This document shows positions 29,958-41,412 of a DNA stretch of 64,000 bases, piece after piece. Source of the DNA: an uncultured Clostridia bacterium. GTDB taxonomy: Bacteria > Bacillota > Clostridia > UMGS1883. Position numbers and translations under genes: made by a program. The DNA lies in contig CANPZO010000002.1 of assembly GCA_947589005.1 (NCBI GenBank), positions 7,713 through 71,712 on the forward strand. Reading direction: 5' to 3'. Numbering within the stretch: the first letter of the stretch is position 1; the number at the start of each line of letters is the position of its first letter. A model generated the notes under the pieces. It was given only the letters and a program-made list of their open reading frames with translations, had not been told where the DNA came from and did not search any database.

Positions 29958-30719
29958 ATGGAGCAAAAGGAATTAAAACAGCTCTTGCGGGACGTGGCGG
30001 AGGGAAGGCTCTCCGCGGACGACGCGCTGCTGAAATTCAGGGCCCAGCCCTTTGAGGATTTGGGCTTTGCCAAAATTGACCACCACAGGAGCGTGCGTCA
30101 GGGAGCCGCGGAAGTGATTTACGGAGCGGGAAAAACGCCGGAGCAGATTGCGGAGATTGCAAAGCGGCTCCGCTTCGCCGGACAGAAAACGGTTTTGATT
30201 ACCCGAATGAGCAAGGAGGCGGCGGAGGTCACCGGCGGCGAGCTTCCGCTGACCTATCACGAGATAGCGCGGATAGGAATTGTGGGCGAAATGCCGGAGC
30301 CCGATACGGACTCGGCCGTCGTCATTGCCAGCGGCGGCACCAGCGATATGCCCGTCGCGGAGGAGGCCGCGCTTACCGCTCAGGCGCTCGGGAACAAGGT
30401 GACGCGGCTTTACGACGTGGGCGTCGCGGGCCTGCACAGATTGCTGGCGCATACGGAGGAGATCATGCGGGCAAAGGTGATTGTCGCGGTCGCCGGCATG
30501 GAGGGCGCGCTGGCCAGCGTGATAGGCGGCCTGGCGGACTGCCCCGTTGTCGCCGTCCCCACAAGCGTCGGTTACGGAGCGTCTTTCGGCGGCCTGTCCG
30601 CGCTGCTGTCCATGCTCAATTCCTGCGCAAGCGGCGTCAGCGTGGTAAACATTGACAACGGTTTCGGCGCCGGTTATCTTGCGAGTATGATAAATCACAT
30701 GGGAGGGACAAACCGGTGA
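29958..30719 (+). CDS. larB: LarB-like pyridinium-3,5-biscarboxylic acid mononucleotide synthase (PurE-like)
   Basis: The N-terminal extension plus PurE-like 'KVIVAVAGMEGALASVIGGLADCPVVAVPTSVGYG' is typical of LarB. Confidence 0.75.
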   Translation: MEQKELKQLLRDVAEGRLSADDALLKFRAQPFEDLGFAKIDHHRSVRQGAAEVIYGAGKTPEQIAEIAKRLRFAGQKTVLITRMSKEAAEVTGGELPLTYHEIARIGIVGEMPEPDTDSAVVIASGGTSDMPVAEEAALTAQALGNKVTRLYDVGVAGLHRLLAHTEEIMRAKVIVAVAGMEGALASVIGGLADCPVVAVPTSVGYGASFGGLSALLSMLNSCASGVSVVNIDNGFGAGYLASMINHMGGTNR

Positions 30720-30845
30720 AAATTTTATACATGGACTGCGCGATGGGCGCTTCCGGCGATATGCCGGCCGCTTGGCCCGAATTGCACTGGAACGCGAAAT
30801 CAGCCTTGAAGAGGCCGGACGGCCGCTGGAAAGCGAGAGTTAAAA
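30716..30845 (+). pseudogene. larC: LarC remnant: only about 20 N-terminal codons recognisable, the rest deleted or frameshifted
   Basis: GTGA overlap with the larB stop. 'VKILYMDCAMGASGDM' matches the canonical LarC N-terminus (M.ILY.DC..G.SGDM). The frame then collapses and the next gene starts at 30846. Confidence 0.5.
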
Positions 30846-31751
30846 ATGATTTGGAACGTTTTAAGGCGTGAGTTCGTCTACCTCTGGTACTACTTTGAGG
30901 TGCAGCTCCGTCAGATAGTGCCCTATTGGGCGCTGGGTATAGTGCTGGGCTCGGTAATCTCCGTGTTCGGCAAGGAAAAAATACACAAAATGGTGGTCGC
31001 AATTCAGGACAAGCACCTTGGTCTGTTCGGGCTGATACCGGCGGCTTTGCTGGGCATCGCCTCGCCCCTGTGTATGTACGGGACAATCCCGCTGGCGGCG
31101 TCCTTTTCCCAAAAGGGCCTGCGGGACGACTACCTGGCCGCCTTCATGATGTGCAGCGTGCTGTTAAATCCCCAGCTTCTCATCTACAGCGCGGCTCTGG
31201 GGCCCACGGCCCTGACGGTGCGCTTCGTGAGCTGCTTCCTCTGCGGAGTGGTGGCGGGACTGTTGATACGGTGCTTTTTTAAGGACAAAAGCTTCTTCAA
31301 CTTCGAGGGCTTTTCCGAGCGTGCCAGCCGTGATACCGACCCAAATATGCTCCTGCGGCTGCTTAAAAACATTGGCCGCAACATCAAGGCCACGGGCAAG
31401 TGGTTTTTGCTGGGCATATTCCTTACGGCGCTGTATCAAAGGTACGTCCCGCAGGAGGCTTTCGCCGCCCTTTTCGGCAAAAACGAAGGCTTCGGGGTGC
31501 TGATGGCGGCGACGATAGGCGTGCCGCTGTACGTCTGCGGCGGCGGGACGATACCGCTGCTCCAGGAATGGCTCATGAACGGCATGAGCATGGGCGCGGC
31601 GGCGTCATTTATGGTGACCGGCCCGGCCACGAAGATAACCAACCTTGGCGCGCTTAAAATCGTGCTTGGGATAAGGAATTTCATTCTCTACATAGCTTAT
31701 GTGATAGCGTTTTCGCTGGCGGCGGGACTGCTGGTGGATCTGATTGTTTAG
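30846..31751 (+). CDS. Predicted permease (DUF318/YraQ-like two-repeat permease family)
   Basis: Multiple TM helices. Motifs 'IASPLCMYGTIPLAASF' and 'GVPLYVCGGGTIPLL' typical of DUF318 permeases. Confidence 0.65.
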   Translation: MIWNVLRREFVYLWYYFEVQLRQIVPYWALGIVLGSVISVFGKEKIHKMVVAIQDKHLGLFGLIPAALLGIASPLCMYGTIPLAASFSQKGLRDDYLAAFMMCSVLLNPQLLIYSAALGPTALTVRFVSCFLCGVVAGLLIRCFFKDKSFFNFEGFSERASRDTDPNMLLRLLKNIGRNIKATGKWFLLGIFLTALYQRYVPQEAFAALFGKNEGFGVLMAATIGVPLYVCGGGTIPLLQEWLMNGMSMGAAASFMVTGPATKITNLGALKIVLGIRNFILYIAYVIAFSLAAGLLVDLIV

Positions 31752-31764
31752 GGAGGAGAAGCTC

Positions 31765-32661
31765 ATGCACAACCATCACCTTGAAACCTTCATTAGGGTT
31801 GCCGACAGCGGCAGCTTTTCAAAGGCCGCCGACGTCATGTTCATTTCCCCCACCGCGGTTATCAAGCAGATAGATTTGCTTGAGCAGGAGCTGGGGCTTA
31901 AGCTCATGGAGCGCAGCTCTCGGGGCGTTAGCCTCACCCCCGCCGGTGAGTCAGTGTATAACGACGCCAAGTACATGATACAGTATTCCCACGACTCCAT
32001 CGTCCGCGCTCAAAACGCCATGGAAAAAAAGGAAAAGGTCATACGCATCGGCGTGTCGCTAATGACCCCGGCCCAATTCGTGCTTTCGCTGTGGCCGAGG
32101 ATCAAGGAGATATGCCCGGGGCTGACGTTCCGTCTTGTGCCCTTTGACAACACTCCGGCCAACGCCCGGGAGATACTGAAAAACCTTGGCACCAACATCG
32201 ACATTGTGGCCGGCTGGTACGACGAGGATTTCCTCAGCAGCCGGGGCTGCGCGGCCCTTCGCCTTGAGGACGAGCCTATCTGCTGCGCGGTGAGCGTTAA
32301 CCACCGTCTCGCGGGCAATAAGCGGCTCAAGGTGGAGGACTTGGCGGGCGAAAACCTTATGCTCATCCGCCGGGGCTGGAACCGCTACACCGACGCTCTG
32401 CGGGAGCATTTGTGGATGAACTTTCCCGACCTCAAGGTGACCGACGTGCCTTTCTTCGACGTGAGCGTATTCAACCGCTGCGAGGAGGAGGGCGGCGTCC
32501 TCGTCGCTTTCGGCAAGTGGGAAAGCGTCCACCCGCTGCTCAAAATAATCCCCGTGGACTGGGGCTTTACCATTCCCTTCGGTATATTGCACTCGCCGAG
32601 GCCGTCAAGCGTGGTGAGCGAGTTTTTGAGCGCGGTCAAAGATGTGTGTTCAATTTCATAA
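31765..32661 (+). CDS. LysR-family transcriptional regulator
   Basis: RBS GGGAGGAG. HTH 'LETFIRVADSGSFSKAADVMFISPTAVIKQIDLLEQELGLKLM'. Confidence 0.85.
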   Translation: MHNHHLETFIRVADSGSFSKAADVMFISPTAVIKQIDLLEQELGLKLMERSSRGVSLTPAGESVYNDAKYMIQYSHDSIVRAQNAMEKKEKVIRIGVSLMTPAQFVLSLWPRIKEICPGLTFRLVPFDNTPANAREILKNLGTNIDIVAGWYDEDFLSSRGCAALRLEDEPICCAVSVNHRLAGNKRLKVEDLAGENLMLIRRGWNRYTDALREHLWMNFPDLKVTDVPFFDVSVFNRCEEEGGVLVAFGKWESVHPLLKIIPVDWGFTIPFGILHSPRPSSVVSEFLSAVKDVCSIS

Positions 32662-33065
32662 CCTTTAGGGCTGTAAAAAATAGTGCAGACCTGCGTCGTC
32701 ACAAAATCGGCATCGCCGTTTTGCGGGGGGTTGCCGCCTTCGGCGGCTTATATGTCCGTCTTTGTATGACGGCGGCTTGAAGGCAAGCCGCCCTACGCCC
32801 TACTGTAACAGTTACGTATAGGGCGGGCTGCCCTCAGCCCGCCGCGGCCCGCATGACGGGCTTTGCCCCGACGCAGACAGTGTGATTTTCGTTCGTAGTT
32901 CAATGGCATAAAATGAGAAAATTCGCTCGTAAGGGCGAATTTTCTACATTAATGCAACTATTTTATTTTTATAGACTAATATTACAACACTAAAATTTGC
33001 CTTAAATTAAGGAATTAAGCCCTTGAACGATCTGCGCCATTTTTTTACGGCCCCCTTTTTAGCTT

Positions 33066-33112
33066 AAACCTTTTGGTTCAAAGGCATAAACTTTTTTGCA
33101 CTTCCGTTTTGG
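33066..33112 (+). promoter_or_regulatory. Conserved upstream element copy 2, with extended -10 'tgctacaat' downstream
   Basis: 'aaaccttttggttcaaaggcataaacttttttgcacttccgttttgg' lies about 50 bp upstream of the Fe-ADH start. Confidence 0.6.
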
Positions 33113-33160
33113 TAAAAACCGTGCTACAATGAAATCAACAACAAAAGGGGGCAGTATAAT

Positions 33161-34330
33161 ATGGACAACTTCATTTTTGAAAACCGCACCAAGGTATATT
33201 TCGGCAAGGGCTGCGTCAAGGAGTTTCTTGTCTGCGAGGCGAAAAAATACGGCGGCAAGGTGATGCTGGCTTACGGCGGAGGCTCGATAAAAAGAAACGG
33301 CATCTACGACGAGATAACCTCCCTGCTCCGTGACGCCGATTTGGAGACGGTGGACTTCCCCGGCATCATGGCAAACCCCACCTATGAAAAGGTGCTGGAG
33401 GGTGCGCGTCTTGCCCGGGAGGAAAACGTCGGCCTCATCCTCGGAATTGGCGGAGGCTCGGTCATGGACTGCTGCAAGGCGATTTCTCTGGCGGCGGTCT
33501 ACGACGGCGATATATGGAAGGACTACTGGGCGAGGAACGGGGTCATCGGCTTTGAGCCCCTGCCTCTGGGCGTGGTCGTTACCGTGACCGGCACCGGCAG
33601 CGAAATGAACGGCGGGACCGTCATAACCAACGAGGCACTCAAGGTCAAAACGGGCCGGGATTATCCCGCCTGCAACCCCCGCTTTGCCCTTTTGGACCCG
33701 ACCTACACCTTCACGGTACCGCCTTTACAGATGGCCGCGGGCGGCTTTGACACCCTGAGCCATATAATGGAGATATATTTCAGCAAGCCAGACGAGGACA
33801 ATGTGTCCGACGATATTGCCGAGGCTTTGATGCGCGGGGTTATAAAAAACCTCCCCGCCGCCCTGAAGAACCCGGAGGACTACACCGCCCGCAGCAACCT
33901 TATGTGGCTGGCAACGATGGCGGAGAACCGCGTTATCAAGCTGGGGAAACGGACGGACTTCCAAGCCCATCAGATCGAGCATCAGCTTGGGGCCTACACC
34001 GACTGCAACCACGGCTGCGGTTTGGCGGTCATAACCCCGCCCTATTACCGGCGCATCTACGAGGCCGGCATATGCAAATTTGTGCGCTTCGCCACCAACG
34101 TGTGGGGTATCTCTACCGTGGGTAAAAATTCCGCCCAGGTGGCAAGGGAAGGCATCGACGCTTTGGAGAAATTCATCAGGGACATCGGCCTACCCTCAAG
34201 GCTCCGCGATATCGGCGTCGCCGAGGACGCGCCCCTTGACGAGATCGCCCAAAGCTGCAATATCTCACCCGGCAGCTACAGACAGCTCACCCACGAGGAG
34301 ATAGCGGAAATATTAAAAAGCAATTATTAA
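33161..34330 (+). CDS. Iron-containing alcohol dehydrogenase (Fe-ADH; butanol or propanediol dehydrogenase family)
   Basis: 'GGGSVMDCCKAISLAA' glycine-rich NAD motif. Metal-binding His motifs. 389 aa. Confidence 0.85.
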   Translation: MDNFIFENRTKVYFGKGCVKEFLVCEAKKYGGKVMLAYGGGSIKRNGIYDEITSLLRDADLETVDFPGIMANPTYEKVLEGARLAREENVGLILGIGGGSVMDCCKAISLAAVYDGDIWKDYWARNGVIGFEPLPLGVVVTVTGTGSEMNGGTVITNEALKVKTGRDYPACNPRFALLDPTYTFTVPPLQMAAGGFDTLSHIMEIYFSKPDEDNVSDDIAEALMRGVIKNLPAALKNPEDYTARSNLMWLATMAENRVIKLGKRTDFQAHQIEHQLGAYTDCNHGCGLAVITPPYYRRIYEAGICKFVRFATNVWGISTVGKNSAQVAREGIDALEKFIRDIGLPSRLRDIGVAEDAPLDEIAQSCNISPGSYRQLTHEEIAEILKSNY

Positions 34331-34512
34331 TTCGCGGGGACAACCCGCGCGGTTTTCCCCGCGGAACCCTTTTCCGCATCGGGCGCTTGCGCTTACGGGA
34401 ATTTGTCTGCGGACAAATTCCCTACCCCGATTAAGGTATCAAAAGTCCGGTACACGCCCGTACTTTTGATAAATTTAATCGAAAGGGGGTTCCCTTTCGA
34501 GCATTCCCCCTA
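34331..34512. repeat. Multi-hairpin intergenic repeat element, copy B (inverted relative to copy A)
   Basis: See copy A. It sits between the Fe-ADH stop and the hydrolase RBS. Confidence 0.7.
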
Positions 34513-34558
34513 AGTATATAAAAGTTTAATATTTTAATATAAAATGGAGGTAATAAAA

Positions 34559-35686
34559 ATGAAAACACAGAGAACATTACTGGCTTTGGCTCTGGCCGGA
34601 GCACTGGGGGCCATGTCCCTTTCCGGCTGCACCGCTCAAAACGAAACCGCGAAGGAGCCTGAAACAAATCAAGAGGTACAGTCTCAGGCGGAAATCCCGG
34701 AGGGCGCTTTAGTGATCGCCGAGCAGGGCATTTTCTCCGCCGGCGGCACCACAATTACCAGCGAGGGCACATTTAATCCGGAGGATCAGTGGGAGGCCAC
34801 AGGCGCCGGGCAGACCCTTCACGCCGACCACGCAAACGTGCTCTACCAAATACCCGCCGATGAGACGGGCCTCCCCATGGTATTTCTCCACGGATACGGC
34901 CAGTCCCGTATGGGTTGGATGACCACTCCTGACGGACGGGAGGGCTGGTCGGATATGTTCCTGCGCAAGGGACACAGCGTATTCCTGATAGATGAGCCCC
35001 GGCGCGGCGAGGCCGGAATGACTACCGTAAGCGGAAATATCAGCACCACCACGCTTGACCAGCGTTGGTACACCCAGTTCCGTATCGGACGCTGGGAAAA
35101 CGGAAAGTCCGTTGTAAACGAGGGCTCTCAATTCCCCAACGACGATGAGTCCGTGGATCAGTTTTTCCGCCAAATGACGCCGGACACGGGCATGACCTCC
35201 GATATGGGCGGCGACTTTGATATGGAAACGGTGTCCAAGGCCGTTGCGGCCACCATTGACGAGGTTTACGAGCGCACCGGAAAGAATTCCATACTTGTGA
35301 CCCACTCTCAGGGCGGCGGCCCGGGCTGGGCGGCGGCCGCATATACCGACCACATAGCCGCCATCGTCGCCATTGAGCCCGGCGGAGCTCCGGCCGCGGA
35401 CAGCGCCGAATTTACGGCGGTGCTTGAAAAGAAGATACCCGTTACCATGTACTTTGGCGACTACATCAACAACGGCGACCCGGCCATTCAGGCCACGGCA
35501 ATGTGGCAGGGTATGCGCGGCGCCTGCTACGCCTTTGAGGAGGCTTACAATGCTCAGGGCGGCAACTGCACCGTTATCGATCTGCCAGAGGAGGGTATCA
35601 CCGGCAACGACCACTTCATGTTCCAGGATTTGAATAATGACGTGATCGCCGACCATATTCAAAATTGGATAGAGGAGAATGTAAAA

Positions 35687-35689
<3 letters not shown>
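34559..35689 (+). CDS. Secreted lipoprotein alpha/beta-hydrolase
   Basis: Signal and lipobox 'LGAMSLSGC'. Motifs 'MVFLHGYGQSRMGW' and 'LVTHSQGGGPGW' (GxSxG). Confidence 0.75.
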
Positions 35690-37391
<1,702 letters not shown>

Positions 37392-37651
37392 ACGCTGGGG
37401 CGGCGGCTTTGTCCGCCGCCTTAAACCTTTAGAATTGGAATAAAAAATTGTCGCTGAAACACATTTTGTCATTTCTCCAAAACTTCGTAAACGCCTTCGG
37501 CGTTGTTTGTCGCTTTTACTTAAATTCAATGTTCTTTTGCGCGGCAAAAGAACCAAAAGCGCCGGGGCCCTCGCCATGGCCCCGGACCCCTCAAGGCGCT
37601 TAAGGGGCCTGCGGGCCCCTTAAGAATCCCCAAAACTTGTTTGCCGCCGCA

Positions 37652-37725
37652 ACTGCTTAAACCAAAAGGTTTCTTTGAACCTTTTGGTTTGGCGGCATAA
37701 ACTTTTTTGCACTTCACTTTTTTGA
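37652..37725 (+). promoter_or_regulatory. Conserved upstream element copy 3, with a perfect 14-bp inverted duplication of the aacc-tttt-ggtt hairpin and extended -10 'tgataaaat'
   Basis: 'aaaccaaaaggtttctttgaaaccttttggtttggcggcataaacttttttgcacttcac'. Confidence 0.6.
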
Positions 37726-37767
37726 AAAAAAGTGATAAAATTAAATTAATCTAAGGAGGCAGAAGCT

Positions 37768-38250
37768 ATGGCGTCGTTGATAATATATTATTCTCAGGCG
37801 CGTGGGAATACGAGGCGCATCGCGGAAATGATACGTCAGGCCACGAACTATGACATCGCCGAAATAGAAACCGCGTTTCCGTATAAGGGAACTTATGAGG
37901 AAATCGTCGATCAGGGAAAGGCCGAGGTCAGCGAGGGCTATATGCCGGAGCTGAGGCCCTTGGGTAAAATACTTTCCGGCTATGACACCGTCATAATCGG
38001 CACGCCGACATGGTGGTACACCATGGCCCCCGCCGTCCGCGCCTTTCTCACGGAAAACGATTTCAGCGGAAAAACCGTTGTTCCGTTTCACACTCACGGC
38101 GGCTGGCCCGGACACACCCTTGACGACATGAAGGCGCTGTGCAAGGGGGCGAGCTTTAAAAACGAGATGTCCGTGCAGTTTGATTTTGAGGGCGGGAGCA
38201 CTCTCATAACGCCCGAGGATAAGCTGCGGGATTGGATAAAGAAGCTTTAA
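37768..38250 (+). CDS. Flavodoxin-family protein (cytoplasmic)
   Basis: RBS AAGGAGG. 'LIIYYSQARGNTRRIAE' and 'VIIGTPTWWYTMAP'. 160 aa. Confidence 0.8.
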   Translation: MASLIIYYSQARGNTRRIAEMIRQATNYDIAEIETAFPYKGTYEEIVDQGKAEVSEGYMPELRPLGKILSGYDTVIIGTPTWWYTMAPAVRAFLTENDFSGKTVVPFHTHGGWPGHTLDDMKALCKGASFKNEMSVQFDFEGGSTLITPEDKLRDWIKKL

Positions 38251-38259
38251 TAAGTTTAA

Positions 38260-38430
38260 GGCAATACCGCACAAAGACCGCTTTAAAGCTTTGCACCCGT
38301 CTTGCTTGCATCTTTTCCGACGTTTCTTACGAAAACTCCTTGAAATACGACAGGTATCCTATGGTCGTTTTCGTAATTCCGTCAAAAAATCTGCGGCGCA
38401 ATACGGGCACAATCTCTGTGCGGTATTGCC
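38260..38430. repeat. REP-like palindromic element (arms GGCAATACCGCACA / TGTGCGGTATTGCC) split by an about 140-bp insert; related hairpin at 63779..63811
   Basis: Arms at 38260-38273 and 38417-38430. The inner region carries a degenerate second copy. Confidence 0.55.
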
Positions 38431-38465
38431 TTAATATAACCACTATAACTACTGGAGGCGAGAAA

Positions 38466-40205
38466 ATGAAAAATCTCAAAAAAATCACGGCCTTTGCCCT
38501 GAGCCTTGCCGTACTCTGTCTCGGCTTCGGGCTGCTTGTCCGCACGCAAAAGACCACCACGGCCTACGCCGCGGACACCGGCTACGAGACCACTGACCCT
38601 GACGCTCCCGAGGTGCTGTTCACCTCGGAGATAACCTCCGAGTCGCTGCTCCGTATATATAAAGCCCTTGGCTTTGACGCGGAGGGCGAGGTGGCCGTCA
38701 AGATGTCCACCGGCGAGCCGCCAAACAGCAACTATCTCCGTCCCGAGCTGATAAAAGACCTTATCCAGGAGGTGGACGGCACCATCGTCGAGTGCAACAC
38801 CGCCTACGGCGGACGGCGCTCCAGCACCGCCATGCACCGGCAGGTGATAGAGGACCACGGCTTTCTCGACGTGGCAAAGGCCGTTGACATAATGGACGAA
38901 GACGGGGACATCACCATTCCCGTTCCCACGCCTGCCACAGGCGCGCGTTCGACCATAACCACCAACCGCGTGGGCGCCCATCTTACGAACTACGACAGCC
39001 TTATCTCGCTGGCCCACTTCAAGGGCCACGCCATGGCGGGATACGGCGGAGCTATCAAAAATATGTCAATCGGCATCGGCTCGGTGGCGGGCAAGTGCCT
39101 TATCCACACGGGCGGCAGATCCAGTACAAGTCCCTGGGGCGGCAACCAGAACGCCTTTCTTGAATCCATGGGCGACGCCACAAGCAGCGTGGTAAATCAG
39201 TTTGACGGAAAAGTCGTTTATATCAACGTGATGAACCGGTTGTCAATAGACTGCGACTGCGACGGCAACCCCTCCGAGCCGGATATGCACGACATCGGCA
39301 TACTGGCCTCCTATGACCCGGTGGCGCTGGATCAGGCTTGCCTTGACCTGATTTCTCAGGCCGACGGCAACACGAGATTTTTAAACCGTGTCAACGGTCA
39401 AAACGGCTTCCACACCCTTGAACACGCAGAGGAGATAGGTCTCGGCAGCCGAAGCTACCGCATACGGGATATCGACGCCGAGCCGGTGGCCGTCACCATG
39501 AGCTATGACAACGGACAGCTTACGGTTTCGGGCCTTGACGGCGAGGCGGCCCTCATCAGAGTTTCATATTCCGACGGCGCTTTGGCGGGAGTCGATATTT
39601 CCTCCGTTACCAACGGGACGCGGAACATGGAGGCCGAGGGCGGCGACAGGCTTTTCCTCTGGAACAGTCTCATGTCCATGCAGCCCCTGTGCCCGTCGGT
39701 GACCGTGCCCGACGGCGGGCCCAAGACCCTCGTGGTCTACTACTCCGCCACCAACACTACCGAGGGAGTGGCCGAAAAGATAGCCGCCTACACCGGCGCG
39801 GATATTTTCGAGATCACTCCGTCCGACCCCTACACCGACGACGACCTTGACTGGACGGACAATAACAGCCGCGTTGTGGCCGAGCATGACGACCCCGACG
39901 GCCGCCATGTGGAGCTTGAGACTACCGACGTTCCCGACTGGACAAGCTACGACACCGTATATATCGGCGCGCCCATATGGTGGGGCGAGTTCTCGTGGGT
40001 AATCGACGATTTTGTAAAGAACAACGATTTCACGGGTAAAACAGTTATACCTTTCTGCACCTCAATGTCCTCCGGTTTGGGCGACAGCGGGCGGCACGTC
40101 GCTGAAATGACGTCCTCCGGCAACTGGTTGGACGGCAAACGCTTTGGCACACGGGCAAGCGAAGCAGAGGTACAGGAATGGATAGACAGCTTGGGGCTTA
40201 ATTAA
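38466..40205 (+). CDS. Secreted or anchored protein: DUF362 domain plus recurrent YS.G.L/F.W..PL module plus C-terminal extracellular flavodoxin-like domain
   Basis: RBS GGAGGCGAG. Anchor 'ITAFALSLAVLCLGFGLLV'. DUF362 paralog of 26919 ('IVECNTAYGGRRS...DCDCDGNPSEPDMHDIG'). The C-terminal 145 aa are nearly identical to the 35687 flavodoxin domain. Confidence 0.75.
   Translation: MKNLKKITAFALSLAVLCLGFGLLVRTQKTTTAYAADTGYETTDPDAPEVLFTSEITSESLLRIYKALGFDAEGEVAVKMSTGEPPNSNYLRPELIKDLIQEVDGTIVECNTAYGGRRSSTAMHRQVIEDHGFLDVAKAVDIMDEDGDITIPVPTPATGARSTITTNRVGAHLTNYDSLISLAHFKGHAMAGYGGAIKNMSIGIGSVAGKCLIHTGGRSSTSPWGGNQNAFLESMGDATSSVVNQFDGKVVYINVMNRLSIDCDCDGNPSEPDMHDIGILASYDPVALDQACLDLISQADGNTRFLNRVNGQNGFHTLEHAEEIGLGSRSYRIRDIDAEPVAVTMSYDNGQLTVSGLDGEAALIRVSYSDGALAGVDISSVTNGTRNMEAEGGDRLFLWNSLMSMQPLCPSVTVPDGGPKTLVVYYSATNTTEGVAEKIAAYTGADIFEITPSDPYTDDDLDWTDNNSRVVAEHDDPDGRHVELETTDVPDWTSYDTVYIGAPIWWGEFSWVIDDFVKNNDFTGKTVIPFCTSMSSGLGDSGRHVAEMTSSGNWLDGKRFGTRASEAEVQEWIDSLGLN
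39770..40197 (+). repeat. Near-identical (about 99%) duplication of 36090..36520 (flavodoxin-like domain coding sequence)
   Basis: Direct comparison. The antisense ORFs 36270..36473 and 39947..40150 translate identically. Confidence 0.85.
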
Positions 40206-40374
40206 ACGCAGGTGAGCCGAATCCCGCACGAAATCGGTTCCTCATTGCTCCGCCCCGGGCATAAACGGCCGCAAAAATTAAGAGGCGCGGGCCTCTTTGA
40301 TATATAAAATCCCTCCGGCGTAAACCCTCATGCGCCGGAGGGAATTTTTTATTTACGGCGTCCACACCGCGGTG

Positions 40375-40983
40375 CTATTCCCAAACATCAAGTTTTCTGT
40401 CTTTGTAGTAAAACTCTCTGTCTTTCTCTCCGATTTCACGAACAACTTGGCAGGGAACGCCAAAGGCCACCGTATTTGAGGGAATATCATGCGTTACAAC
40501 ACTGCCCGCTCCGATAACGGAATTGTCACCTATCTTAATGCCCGGCATAATTTGACAACCCGAGCCTATCCAAACATTTTTTCCAATATGAATTGGGAGG
40601 TTGTAAACATAGTGATGCTCGCGCAAAACGGGCAAAATGGGGTGCCCGGAGGTTGTAAAGACAACATTTGGGGATATCATCGAATAATCGCCGATGTATA
40701 TGTGCTCATCGTCCACAAATGTGACATTTGAGTTGATATAAATTCCTTTGCCCAAATGTACGTGTTTGCAGCCCCAGTTTGCGTGGAGAGGTGTTTCGAC
40801 CGTACACCCTGTTCCAACCTCGGCAAATACCTCATGAAGGAGTTCTTGACGAAGTTCCGTCTGCGTAGGCAAAGTGCGGTTATACTCTGTCATCTTGTCT
40901 TGATATATATGTTGGTCTCCAAGTAACGCGGGGTCGTCGTAGCGATAGGGTAAACCTTGTTGTTTTCGTTCGACATTATTCAT
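40375..40983 (-). CDS. Sugar (maltose/galactoside-type) O-acetyltransferase, hexapeptide-repeat family
   Basis: RBS AAAGGAG before MNNVERK. 'YRYDDPALLGDQ...EYNRT' N-terminus typical of Maa/LacA. LbH repeats 'IGKNVWIGSGCQIMPGIKIGDNSVIGAGSVV'. Low-GC island. Confidence 0.8.
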   Translation of the reverse strand: MNNVERKQQGLPYRYDDPALLGDQHIYQDKMTEYNRTLPTQTELRQELLHEVFAEVGTGCTVETPLHANWGCKHVHLGKGIYINSNVTFVDDEHIYIGDYSMISPNVVFTTSGHPILPVLREHHYVYNLPIHIGKNVWIGSGCQIMPGIKIGDNSVIGAGSVVTHDIPSNTVAFGVPCQVVREIGEKDREFYYKDRKLDVWE

Positions 40984-41035
40984 AACAATAACTCCTTTGT
41001 TAAATTTCGGTTGATTTGGAGAAGAAAAACCATAT

Positions 41036-41329
41036 ATGAAAGTTGTCACATTGTGCGGAAGCATGAAATTTTTTAAAGAAATGCAGGATATAGCAGTTGA
41101 GCTTGAAACAAAATTTGACTGTTGTGTTGTTACACCTATTGGCGGTACAAAGAAAGGTATGGACAACACTGCAATAAAAAAGCTGGCCAAAGCCCATTAC
41201 AAGAAAGTCGACATGGCGGATGCTGTTTATATCGTAAATATAGGAGGTTATATTGGCGAGGCTGTCCGAGAAGAGCTGCGCTATGCACAGACGCACAATA
41301 AAGATATAATTTTTCATGAAGTCAAATAA
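41036..41329 (+). CDS. Hypothetical small protein (97 aa), possible Rossmann-like fold
   Basis: ORF in the low-GC islet with a weak RBS. Not confidently assignable. Confidence 0.35.
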   Translation: MKVVTLCGSMKFFKEMQDIAVELETKFDCCVVTPIGGTKKGMDNTAIKKLAKAHYKKVDMADAVYIVNIGGYIGEAVREELRYAQTHNKDIIFHEVK

Positions 41330-41339
41330 AAACAAATTC

Positions 41340-41412
41340 CAGCTTATTTCCCGCTCCAAAGCCCCTTTCAGATATATCATTACTTTGATATTATCAGAAA
41401 GGAGCTTTTTAG
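41340..41412 (+). repeat. Relic third copy of the 5'-UTR/RBS-hairpin region that precedes the 122-aa genes (no gene follows)
   Basis: 'ccaaagcccctttcagatatatcattactttgatattatcagaaaggagcttttta' matches 3255-3312 and 9383-9440. Followed by an immediate stop. Confidence 0.7.

Noticed and set aside
30716-31751. Treating the ORF after larB as an intact larC
   Set aside because: Only about 20 codons match LarC. The following 301-aa gene is a multi-TM DUF318-type permease, not the about 420-aa CTP-dependent nickel insertase.
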